DNA of 64,000 bases from Raillietiella orientalis (taxonomy: Eukaryota): assembly GCA_036172245.1 (NCBI GenBank), contig JAYWIR010000017.1, forward strand, positions 2,170,001 through 2,234,000, read 5' to 3'. Position numbers and translations under genes: made by a program. A model generated the notes under the pieces. It had not been told where the DNA came from. It made no database searches and saw nothing but the letters and a program-made list of their open reading frames with translations. Below, piece after piece: positions 49,140 through 61,000 of this stretch (position 1 is its first letter; each line of letters opens with the position of its first letter).

Positions 49140-51600
49140 TGAGCCGTGTGTGACGGCGCCCCTTATCCGAACTCTTCCTGGTCGCAAAATCGGACAGCTT
49201 CTCCTGAATAGAATCTTTCGTCCATGCCACCAATCAAGTGGCCAATTACCGCACTGCCTCAGCACAGTCAGAAACACCGCAGTCCATTTGTCAATACCTC
49301 GAGTAGCTCCCACATCATCTCACAATTGTACACACTACAATTAAACTCTTCGTCCCCCTCACTTCACTCCCCATAAGCAAAGCATCACGTCGACAGCTTT
49401 TGACGAAGAAATCCGCACCCCGATAAAGGGAAGGAAGCGAATATCCCACATACTCTACGTTCCATCCCTAAAACAATCCAGAATCACCTGCCAAAACAGG
49501 CAATCAGCCTCTGTTGGGCACGCAAGAATTTCACGCCATTCATCTTCCTAACCCACGGAGCGTCAGTCATCCCCCCACCTTCAGCCTAAGCCCATTTATA
49601 CATTGCCACTTCCGTCGACAGAGTAATTGTACACACCTCATGGGAATCATTTGAGCTACAGGACGCACCGCACCAGAGCCATCCACACCTACCCGCCCAC
49701 TCATTAAGACCTTATTCATCCTTCCCTTCAAATAACACACAGATAGCAGCGATCCCATTATCTCCCATGTCACGTCCCAATTCCCAGTTACTGGTAATCA
49801 CGCACTGTCCCACTACCACTCCCAACATGATTACAGAACTCAACATAACCCACCCTTTTACTCCGACCAATTCACAATTATCCCTTGCCTAACTACCTTG
49901 ACCAGTCAATTGGACGCTTTACTGCCGCCATCCTCACCCAACGACCATCTGACCCCACCCACCGCTGCGCTCTTTCCCTGAAATGTGCTCAACCGACGTT
50001 TCACTAGCAACACACTCAACACGATTACCACCTCGGAAACGCTTCGCGTCACCATCAGCACGTTTTAGGATTCTCCGCAACTTAATTTTTTTTTTTTTTT
50101 GCATTTCCCAGCCCTTTCTTAGTAGAAAAAAGTTCAGACCCCATGTAAAGATGAATCCTACATGACCTTTTGACTGCGCACTCTTAGTCATTCTCATAAG
50201 CACTACCACCCAAAAACATCAACCATTAATGTCTAATCTTTCAAAAACTCAAGTACCCTCCATCAACAACCACCCAATACCCATCAATAAAAGTCTATCT
50301 CCAATACGATTACTCAAAAAAGTAATCATACCTGCATAATTAAAACCACAATTCATATAAAAAATAACCAAACAATAAGAAATAATACCCAATCCATCCC
50401 AACCCAAAATAATAGTCACTAAGCTACTACTCATAATTAACAATAACATTCTCACTACAAACCAAAATACTAATATAAAAAATCACTTCTTCTTCCACTC
50501 AATATATTCCCAACTATACATCATAACCAAAAAAGAAATAACCATCACATACCTTATAAACAATGAGTTTAGATGAGTCCAAGCCAGGTCTAAACCCAAA
50601 TCATGTACGGTTTTCAGTCGATTGCTACCACAAATCCTCTACACCTTATGGATATCTGAGTCAGCATCGAGATCGCAAGCTTGCAGGTTTATTGGAACTC
50701 CCCGTGAAAATTGCGCTGCTGTACCATTAGCGACTTTTTCTTCATTTCACGATCACCACTATTTTACAATTTAATCATGAAGATTCATTCTTCATTCTCC
50801 GCCCCCCAAGAACATCTTCCTGCATTCCCATGATCTTGAAAATACACCCCAGTTCTCACCTAAACTCACCAAGGACTCTTCACTTTAATCTGGAATCCAA
50901 AATCCTAGAACAACGCTGCGTTGCCCAGTGCAATTCTTCACCCGCGATGGCCACCAATGCTGCCTTAGAGCAGGCAAAAGAGTCCTTCAGCCGTTCATTC
51001 GAGCAGACCCCTGCCTCGTACCACTCATAATAAAATGTCTTCAAGAAACGCTTCGAGCAAATTTTTGTCAGATCCCTCTTCACATGATGACCTCACCACT
51101 CCTTCACTCTCTTGACTCTTACGAATGCAAAACATCATTCCACGCAGACCATTATGGGCCACATTCCACACATGCAGTTCCTTCAAAATCAGTGCCTACT
51201 TGGTATTCGAATCCTATAGTAGCCACCTCTAAGCTTGTAGCCTTCTCCACCATCTCACACTTGGAAAGGAAGAAAGAAAAAAAAAACAGCCCATCGTCAT
51301 TTTTCCATTCTTTAGTGATTGGGGGCATTAATTTGCCAGCGTATCATCACCAGACAAAAGTGAACTACATTTTACTACACGTATTCCTATTAAACTCGTT
51401 GACATACGCATAATGGATATGCATTTTCCGATCTCGGCTGATTTTGTACTGATAGAGAAGAAACCACTCAGCCCTCCTACTATTCTTACCGGTAACCATT
51501 AACCATTAATCTCCTTTTCAATACCGTTCCCTGCAGCTATTCAATCGACTTATCTTTAGTAACTTCAAATGACAACAAAACAAAACAACCCACAATCCTC
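49140..51600 (-). mobile_element. Highly degenerate LINE RT remnant interrupted by the NUMT
   Basis: Minus strand FIMSGTRQGSA (about 51005-51035) resembles the RT GxRQGxPLS motif; DFEGTACVE weakly resembles DFEKAFDSVE. Many stops; boundaries approximate. Confidence 0.4.
50174..50563 (-). pseudogene. ND5: NUMT: fragment of mitochondrial NADH dehydrogenase subunit 5
   Basis: 130 codons open in the invertebrate mitochondrial code (3 TGA read as Trp): ...IILGWDGLGIISYCLVIFY...AGMITFLSNRIGD...MTKSAQ. The strong G+T strand skew differs from the flanks. Confidence 0.95.
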
Positions 51601-51684
51601 TGCCCAACGAATTCGTCCCCAACGAAGGAACGACCAGAGTGCTCTTGAGTGACCTCGCTGCCCTCCCTTTTCAAACAGATTTAA

Positions 51685-52567
51685 CCCTAGAAGGGTAACG
51701 TGACGATTTTGGGCATAAATGGTTACGTGGCGATTAAAATGATTATGAAAATTTAATATTTTTCCATCGAAATGTTATTTCGTTAATGAATTGCTATTAT
51801 CTTTGCGAATTATTTTACAAGCTATTTGCACACTCACAACGTGAGGGCTTTCGGTGTTGCGCACGTATGACTTTTTTGCAGGCACCTACTTTTCCTTTCC
51901 GGTTGGCGGAACGTGGGCGCATTTCGCAGCGCTTATCAATGGTCAAAGGTCCTTTCGGAACATCTTGGAACCTCAGATGCTCTTTACCCAGTACAGATGA
52001 AATCGAATTTGGCAAAGAACGAGGCAGATCTTTGCATTGTAACCCGTGTCCCATGTGAGGTGTTACAAGCTGCTGCTATAGCTCTCTGCTTCCGTATTTC
52101 CTTCATCTGAATCTCGGTCTTCATCGGATGCAAACTCTTCCAAACTAGTTTCTCTTCTTCCACAGAGTCCAATCAACCCTTCCATTTTCCCCAAGTCCCA
52201 CAAGGGGTGGGGTAAATTTATTTTCCTAATTTTTCATTACATTGATACTACAATCACTTTCACACACTATCCTTTTCACACGCCAATCAACCCTTCCAGA
52301 TCATTCTGTGTAAAAATTCCATTATGAGAGGCCCCGGGTGCAAATTTTTATGTGCAACGCGAAAGGTGGCGTGGTGTCGCATACGACATAGCCGGGCACA
52401 AAATGAAACAAAAACAACCGATTTGCACGCAGTGGCGGCTGCAGGCACCTACTGAAGGCTTGGTAGCACGTAGCTGGAACGGCATGCCCGCAGGGTTGAC
52501 CATGGCAGGGAGTCTGCACGTTTTAGTTCCTGTGTGTCGCATATGGTACCACGTTACCCTTCTAGGG
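51685..52567 (-). mobile_element. Internally deleted piggyBac transposon with transposase C-terminal remnant
   Basis: Perfect 18-bp terminal inverted repeats (TIRs) CCCTAGAAGGGTAACGTG (51685-51702; complement 52550-52567), with TTAA on the left and TTCAA on the right. Minus-strand RCEMRPRSANRKGKVGACKKVIRAQHRK..RCEC resembles the piggyBac Cys-rich C-terminal domain. Confidence 0.9.
52185..52282 (-). mobile_element. 98-bp LINE 3' tail nested in the piggyBac, with 16-bp target-site duplication
   Basis: Minus strand ends AATAAA-TTTACCCCACCCCTTGTGGGACTTGGGG-AAAA. Exact direct repeat CCAATCAACCCTTCCA at 52169-52184 and 52283-52298. Confidence 0.9.
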
Positions 52568-55024
52568 TTCAATCCTGTCTCGATATAAAATTACATTTAT
52601 AATATCCAGATTGAAACGTACCGCAGCTCTCACCCTTGCTCCTTTTCACGCTGCGTTCCGCCCTAGACTCTTTGATTACCCCTTGTTAATAAAAGTAATT
52701 ACTCTTGAAGAATCAAATCAGCGATACACGATCTCTGAAAAGGTAAGTTTTTCGCAGGCTCACCTCTCGCGCAAGCCCGAAACGATTCGACGCGATGGGA
52801 AATCTCTCGGGGGATCGGAAACGACCGAAAAAAAGAGAGATTTTTTCAGCACCTCAGCCAAAGATCAGGATGCTGGGAACATTCCCACGTCACGTGTCCC
52901 CTTTTAGGCAGTTGTATAGACGTGCTTCTGGGTGGCGACGTTGCTTTCACATTGCGCCTGGTGGCAGCTCGTTGCTGTTTCGTTTCGACTTCGCTCCTCC
53001 GCACGCATTTCGAAAGCGCGGCTTCCACGAAGGATTTATCCGAAGAGAAAAAAAACAAACAAACAAGCGAGAGGGCATTTTCCGCAACTTCCTCACGTGG
53101 AAAACGAGATCTGCAATCGGAGTGCACTGTCTGCGCTACACAGAATCCATCGGGACGTGATCCAGTGCCAAGTGTGGACCGTCGAAGAATGGGCTCGAAG
53201 GTCTCTTCCAACGTCGAGCATCTCCTGCGCTTCCGATACTCGTTCATCTCAATATGGGAAACCGCAGTTTTGGACATTCGGCTTCCCTTCTTGGTCGGAT
53301 GGATAGCAGGGTCGAGCAACCTGCCGCCCTCCGGTGGTCTCCCGCTTCCCGAACCAGTCAGATCTCTTTTACTTTTGCTCAATGGGCAACCGACCCGCTC
53401 CTCGGCCAACATAAGAAACTTCCTGGGGGCATCCCTGGGGAGAAGTCCGTCGCTGCCTCGGGAGATCGTGTGTTCCCCGAAGGAATCGAATCGTAACCTG
53501 CGCAGGTTCCTCCTTGCTACCCAAAGCACCGTAAAAGAGGATGAAAGTGCATCCCCTTCTAGCTGCTGTCTCCGAAACGTGTGGACCTCCCAGTGCCTCG
53601 TGCCATACACGTCATTGCGTTTCAGTGCTCAGAGGATCACGTGGTCTCGATCGCCCTGGTGGCAGCCGCCTTCCGAGCGCAGAGATGGCGCCACTTGCCG
53701 TCTTGCCGCGCGCTTCTCGCGTCGATCAGAGTTGCGGAAATTTGCTCCCAGGTTCCAACCAAATGTTCCGGAAGAACGTGAGGCAGGAAAAGGGGTCATC
53801 GCTGATTCCGTTCGTCGGCAAGCCTGAAGTCGTCTCCCGGCGTTGCACACAACACAGAGGAGTGCTGGGAACAAGCTGCCCAGAATACAGCGGGAATACT
53901 TTTCCTTAATCAGGAGAGTCAGGAGTTCATCAGGAAAACTTGCCAGCATCCTGAACGGGATGCCGGAGACGCCTGGCAGCGTACCGTAATTTCCTCCTTG
54001 ACTTCCCCCCCTTCCCGTTTTGTTTGTTTATTTTTTTGTGGGCTCTTGTTTTCCCTTCCCCCACGCTGCCGAAGCGGACCTCACCGGTCTGCACACCGGT
54101 ACTCGGCAGGTTCATTGCGCGTGGTAGAACCAACGGTTCTACCATAAAATGTATTTTTATTACTGACGTAATAAATGCCCCGGCATTACCGGGTGAGAAT
54201 CATCAGGAGAGTCCAGAATTTGAAACGCGGAAGTTGGCAGAGAGGAGGAGCTATCGCGCTCCACATAGCCTGCAGCACCTCTTCCGGAGGAACGAGCGCG
54301 GCTGGAAACTAACGTGAAAATTCAGTGAATGGCGATGCGTACGCAGTCCATTCATCCGAACGAGGGTCGACGGAGCAGGGATGCTGAAGCATGTTCCAGC
54401 GGGAGTTTTGCGAGATGCGATTAGCGAACCAAAAAAGAGAAGAAGAATCCTTCGCTGCTCTCCTAGTGAAAGCTCTGGGCTTCTTCTAGCACTGTCCCTT
54501 TTGTTCCCGCTTTGTTTGCTTGGGATCCTTTTGCTTCTGTTCGTTGTGAAAGCTCTGCAGCACCGCTTTGCTGCTGGCAAATCAGCAAGGCTTCCGTGGC
54601 GCCCTTTGGAAAGGTCTTTCGTCTGCAGATCCGACGTGCTGAAGACCTCAAGGTGGCAACCCAGCCCCAGTGCGTGCTTCGACCCCGAAGCTAGTGAGTT
54701 TCTGAGCCCATTCGAACGATTCCTGCTGAGAAAGAAGGAACGTCGCTTTCATAAAGAAAAGAAAGGAAGGAAGGAAGGCACGCATGCAAACGGAATACTG
54801 ACTGGGAGGAACCTGATCGTAATTTCTAAAACCGTTGGAAACAACAGAAGTATCGAATAAAAACCTCTCTCCGAGTTCAGATTCCCTGTCGGTCAGCTCC
54901 CGGTTACACCCATCTAAAAGCAAAGGAATTCGATAAACTGTACGGAAAACATTCTTTATTGGGGGAAACATCATGGAACGAGCAGGTGGATCGGTGACGC
55001 GCTCTGGTAAAAAATCTCGTGGTT

Positions 55025-58000
55025 TTAAGACGTCTTGTGATGCATTCCTTTGAAACAGAACATAAGGAAGAGGGTATAGGCGATGAAAGCTCCTGTGATT
55101 CCAGCCAGAGCGTACATGAAGAGGTTCAGCTCCGGATGACGGTACCTATTTTTCCTCAACCATTCCAGCACTTGCTCTTCTGCATTTAAGTCACCTGAAA
55201 GGAAGGAAGGAAGGAAATTTTGCGAACCCACTGTCTTCAGCCACGCAGCTTCGCGATGCCAGATTTGGTTGAATGCAAAGGTATTTCAGAGAGAAGGAGG
55301 ATCCTCGGGGAGAGTGCTGACGAAGAGTGCTTGGTGGAATGAATCCGCCTACCACTCTTCACCAGTAGCACTCGGCGCTCAGCCTTCATCCCGCCGTTTC
55401 TCACACAGCAGCGAGATGAAGGATTTCGTGCTCATTTACCTACAACGTCACGTGCCGAAAAGAGGCACCACCAGTTGGATGGACGATCGCATTCAGCTGT
55501 ACGCTGCCGAAGATGATCAGCATGAAGATGATGATGTCTCAAGCTTGCTAAAGTTTCAAGAGTCGAGAACGAAACGAACTCTCGGCATCACGAGATCACA
55601 AGGCCCTCCACACGGAATGAGGCATTCTTGGGCGTGCAGCCAGGCTGGCTCTGGGGTGTTTGTGACTCGGCGGGAGAAGGGGGCGTGGCCGGACAAAGGC
55701 ACGGGAATGCAGTGGATGGCCATACGTGCACTGTTCATTCATGGTGGGACCAAGACCTATGTGGATCGAGCAGCGAACACCCCCGATAAGCACGCGCTCG
55801 TGCGTAGTCAGTCGCTCGCCAGAGGCGTGGTGCGCAAGAGAGCGCTTCTTCGCCGTTCAGAATAAGATGGAGTGTGCGCGCGCCCCTCAGTGAGTCACGT
55901 AAACCGGATGTCCGAATGTCTTCAATTCACAGGAGAAAAAAGCAGGAGAACGCAGGGAAAGACGTCTAAGAACTTTTCAGAGGAGTTCGTAAGCCTCTTG
56001 GTGACTCGAAAGTTCCACTCTGCGAATGACGTGGGAAAGTCGAGATGACCCCTGCGCATCTTTGGTCAGTACGTTGCACTTATGTTTCCAAGGATCTGTT
56101 GAAGGTAAGGTGAGTTTCACGGGGGTCAATTGGAGACCGGCCCGCGGGTTAAAACAAACCACACCCACGCACAACATGAACGTAGAAAGAAAGAAGCGAT
56201 GAGAAGCAACGCGCTTCATTGGTGGTGACCTCCGTTTCGTCCGAATATCGCTCCAATCTTCCTTCACCAACAAGCATCTTTCCGCCTTTCGGAAAAGGGG
56301 GAAAAAATCTGAGGGGAAACATCGCTGAAGAGGAAGAACCAACTCAGAAGCGGAGGAGAGACAGACTGGAGGGGGTGTGATTTCCGGAATCCTTAGGGGT
56401 TCCTCTGTTTTCTCTGCTTTCCTTCCGGCTTTTTCTTTTTGTTTGGTCCGCCAAATACTCAAGAAACGTTCGGTCCCCTAGGGGGACCCATAAAGCTCTT
56501 TGAGTCCACAGGCCACCTGAAGGGGCATGTCACTCTTCAAGCTCGAAGGTGATCCCGGAGGGACCACCCTATGAATTCAGAAAGGGCTCCAAAGGAAGGA
56601 GTCCATTCCTCCCTTCCTCTTGGTACAGGAGCCCCTCTTCTTCCTTGTTCTCTCTGGAAGGGGTCGATCCTCTTTTGCTTTCCCGAAGACAACCAGGGAA
56701 GGATCCACTCCTGGAATTCTTCTACGGAGGCTCGCAAGGGAACCGCTCCTGGTTTCCTGCTCTCTTGAAGAGAACCCCGAAGGAACGCTTGCCAGTTTCT
56801 CGGAAGGGCGCGTCCCGAAGGGAGCAGCGCGCTTCTGCCACTCTGAAGAGGCAAACCCTCAACAGCCCCATGGTAATGGCTCCATTTTTACAACCGGCGG
56901 GAAACAGTCCCGAAGAAAACCAGCTCCTTTGTTTTTGGAAGGACCCCGGATGGTCAACTTCCGATCCGTCCAGTCAGCAGGCGAATCTGGTTTCCTGCTT
57001 CGACCAGCAGTCTATGGATCAGCCAGCGTCATCCTGTGGGGGGAACTCGAAACCCACATGGAGCATCCCCATTTCTCTGGCGTCGATCCCTTCCAGGCAG
57101 GAATTCGAACCCGCAACGCTTGGCTCGACGCGCGGAGGCCGCAGCTATCGTGCTGATTTAGGGAATGGATCGCTCAGTTCCCACTCCACTGAACACAAAG
57201 GCCAGTGGCGACGACTGCGGGAAATGTCGCATTGAGAAGCTGACCGGGCTCCTCCGGGGACAAGCGAGCACAAGAGAGATGGAATCTCTTGGAACAAGCG
57301 CAACGGCTGGAACCTGTCTTCGCCAAACGGATTCCTTCCTTCTTCGGAAGCTCCTCCAAACTGGCCCTTCGTGGAAGTGGCACTTCGACTTTGCGGGATC
57401 CAAGAGTTGAAGACCCAGGAAAGCTCAGAAGAGGGCGGAACACCCTCTGCTGATGAGGCGTCGTCGAAATGTCCTCATTCAGGAGTACAGAAGGAAGACT
57501 GCAGAGCAAATAGGACAGGGAAGGAGGGAGGTCGAACCCACGAGTACTGGCTGCTGGGAGGACACCGTCTTCTAGGCGGTGATTCTCCCAGAGGCATTTT
57601 CCAAACGTCCCAGGGTGGCGGTGCACCGCAGAAGACTTAGTCTAGTGGCAACGTCGAATTCCAGCGCTTTAGATGGCTCACGTCGTGAGTAGAGAAGGGA
57701 CCATCTTCCAACAGAGTACCCGTCTCGGGGTGGACTCTGGTGCGTTTGGGGCTTCGTAGGTGTCCTTGCGAAGAAGAGAACGATCTTGTCCGCGGCTCTC
57801 CGCCTGATTCTGCCTCTCGTGGAGCTCTCTAGGGCGAGACGCGCTGAGTACGCCTTCGAGTGCTGGAGCTAGGCAGACCGGCCGTCTCGGGGACTGGAAA
57901 CACCACGACTCTTGGTGGCACGCCGCTTCGAGATACAGAGGTAGATCAAAAGACGGCACTTTCTCATCTCCCTCAATCTCGATGACCACGAAAGTGAAGC

Positions 58001-61000
58001 GCGTTGCATCCCCCGATTTTCTTCTGTTCGACGCGATGAACGCCAGGGGGTGTGTGGCACGTTTAGGACGGATTTCGGCTTGCGTTGTCTGACTGCCTAT
58101 GGCAGTAGTGTTCAAGTTGATTTCTCTACATCAGAACCCATGCAGGTTTCTCTTTCCATCCATTTACTTCTTTCCTCCTTGGGCGACGCCCACGAGAACT
58201 TTTCTCAAGGAGCAGGTCTGGAAAGAGGGCGTCCCCTTGGAGACGGCCTGCCACTCTGAGCCAACGCTCCCTATTTTCGTTCCTCTCCCCTCTTCTCTTT
58301 CCTCCCTTCAGAAATCAGACATGCTATGAGAGGACAGCTCGCATCAAAGGGTCGACGGAATCCTCGAATCACGAAGGATGATGAGTGAGAAGAGGTCAAG
58401 ATTTGGGAGGCTCTCAGGTGGTTTTTAAACTCGACCTACCTCGGTAAATGCTTGGGAATTTTTTGCGGAAATAGATGAGTGCTGGTAGCCTGTTGATCCC
58501 GTACTTCCGGGCGTACCTCGTGTCTTTTATCTTCACGAACAGAATGTCCAAGTTGTCCGTCTCTGAGTCGATCTTCTCCAGTTCTTGCAGGGCTTCGTCA
58601 CATTTGGGGCAGTTGTTCTGATCTGGAAGGAGGAAAGAAAAAAGAAAAACACCCTCGAGACCGCTGCGGGTCGTTTGCCAGCAAGATTACAGAAGAAGAC
58701 TGCAACAAAGTCGTTTTGGTCCAGGAGCTTTTCGAGCATCCTTCTGTTCACCTCCTCTATCTCGTCTTTGATCTGGAGGTTTTCTTGAGACGTCAGCCAC
58801 TCCAGCACTTTCCCCGAGTCCAGCAGGTCGCCTAAAACTCAACGTTCACCAAGGTTGGGAGAAGGATGGAGCCTGCGGACCGTCGTAGAAGATGGGGGTG
58901 CTTTTGCGAAAGTACACCAGACCGGGAGGCTGCGTGATCCCGTATTTTAGCGGGGTCTCGTCGCTGCAGATCTTCACAAAGTCGATTCCGAGGACATCGG
59001 CTTCATCGTCGATGTTTTCCAAGTTGGAGAGGATGAGCGGGCACTCGGAGCAGTCCTTCGTGTCTAAGAGGGAAATAAGGTGGAAAAAAAATCCCGAAGC
59101 GATTCCCTGTCGAGGAGAGGCTCCCTGCGTCCGGGAAAGCCGAACGGGTGAGGCAAGCTCGAGATCCGAGGTCGTCTTACGGAAACGCCCATGAAGGGAA
59201 GGACCATCCCGATAACTGCTCGGATCTCTCAGGAGCCGAGGAGAAGGCATCATTTCGCCTTCTCGTCTCCTGAGAGATCTCTGCAGATGGATCGGGAATG
59301 GCAGATTCCCTTTTTGCGGAAACGGAGGCGAGGTCATCAAGATGAACAGGAGGGGGCGTGCAGAGCCAATGCCGGCCGAAATCCCGAAAAATCATAAAAT
59401 GTTCATTCAGTATCAATAAATAAATGATGAAATAGATTTATAGATATAGCCTGTGTCGGAAACTGTGTGGCTGCTGAGGTCCCCGCGCGTGTCACCACCA
59501 GGCTTTGAGGGCTCGAATACTCGGCAAGAATCGACGCCGAGAGATGGGAGTGCTTCGTGGGTTCGAGTTCCTCCAGCGAGATGACGCCGGTTGGCCTTCA
59601 TTCGGTCGCGGCCCCCGTAGCAGTTCAGACCGGATGCAAGCGTGGCCGGGATCGGGAGTCGACTTCCGGGGTTCTTCCAGGAAACAGAATCAAGGAGTGG
59701 AGTTCTGTTGTGCAAAGGAGCAAACCCTCTGTGTCGCACCATGGAGTAGGTGAGGTACCTCTCCAGAATGCAGAGAAGCACGCCGCTCCTTTCTGGGAGT
59801 GCCCTTCAGAGTAATTGGGATGCGTCCCTGCGGGATTCTCTTCAGAGGAGGAGGGGAACAAGGAGCGGTTCCTTCCTCCCTAGCGGGTTCCCTCCGGAGA
59901 AGAAAAAATGGAATGGATCCCTCCGGGGTCCCTCCGGAGAGAATAAGGAAGGAGATTCTCTTCTCAGGCGATGAGAAGAGCGGACTCCCTTCTCTGGAAC
60001 CCTTCCTGAATTCATCGGGCGGTCCCCTCCCGGGATACTCCCTATCTTGAAGAATTTATTTTATTTAATTTTTTTTTAAATATATATTTTTTTTACAAGG
60101 TCAGTAGCGACCCCAAGAGGAGATCGTTACTATTGGCCTAGGACGATGGAAATCCTTGGGTTCTTCTTTTTCTTCTGTCTTCACTGTTTTCCTTCCAGCT
60201 TTTTTTTTTTTTGAAGTTTTCGTTTTTTTTTTTTTTTTTTGGGGGGGGGGGGGAATTTATGTTATGAACTTTTGGGATATCGAGCCACGCCCAAGCAGGG
60301 CAAGAGGGCAGGCCGCACACATCATGCGCGCTCTTGAGTTTGTAAAATGCAAGATCAAAGAAGAACCGTTTCCAGCCTCGATGGTGCAGAAGGCTGGGGA
60401 AAACGGGTTACGGCCGGAAAACGATGTGATCTCCGCTGTGCCCTTAGAATGCGGAGCCCTCGATTCCCCATGAGTGACCCTAGGAAACTTCGCGCTAGCA
60501 GATTCCGGGTTCCTCGCTTCGGTTTCACTGTTGACATTTCCGGCCCCCGGGTGCTTGGAGACGCCCGAAGGATGGCAGAAAGCCCACTTTTCCTCCTCTT
60601 TTCCGCTTTGAGTGTTCCCCAGCGGAAGGATGCAACCCTCGAAGCTTCAGAGCCATGAGTGACTCCGTCGCTGTTTCTTGGCCGCAGCTCGGCCAAGTGG
60701 TGGTACTCCTCCTCTTGCACCCCCGAGCTTCCTGCAAGAGCTGGAAGGAGTCTCAGTCGGTAGGGGTGTGAGAATTCGCATGCTCCTCTTCCCCCTTTCC
60801 CCCCCCCCCCCTCTGAGACCCCAGAACAGATAGGAGCGACCCACACGCGTGTTGGTTCAGCCACCATTGTGGGTCCAAAAGAGCTTCAGCCTCGAAAAGG
60901 AACAAAAAAAAAACTTGGATTGCCCGCGATGGAGGCCGAGCGGCTGCGCTCTCCACCCGTGGTGCCAAGCGTCGCGGGTTCAAACCCCTCCCGGGGAAGG

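Noticed and set aside
50174..50563. Functional nuclear ND5 gene
   Set aside because: It is a fragment, and its TGA codons are stops in the nuclear code.
52846..53827. 254-aa and 301-aa overlapping ORFs
   Set aside because: No recognisable motif or splice chain; probably decayed TE sequence.
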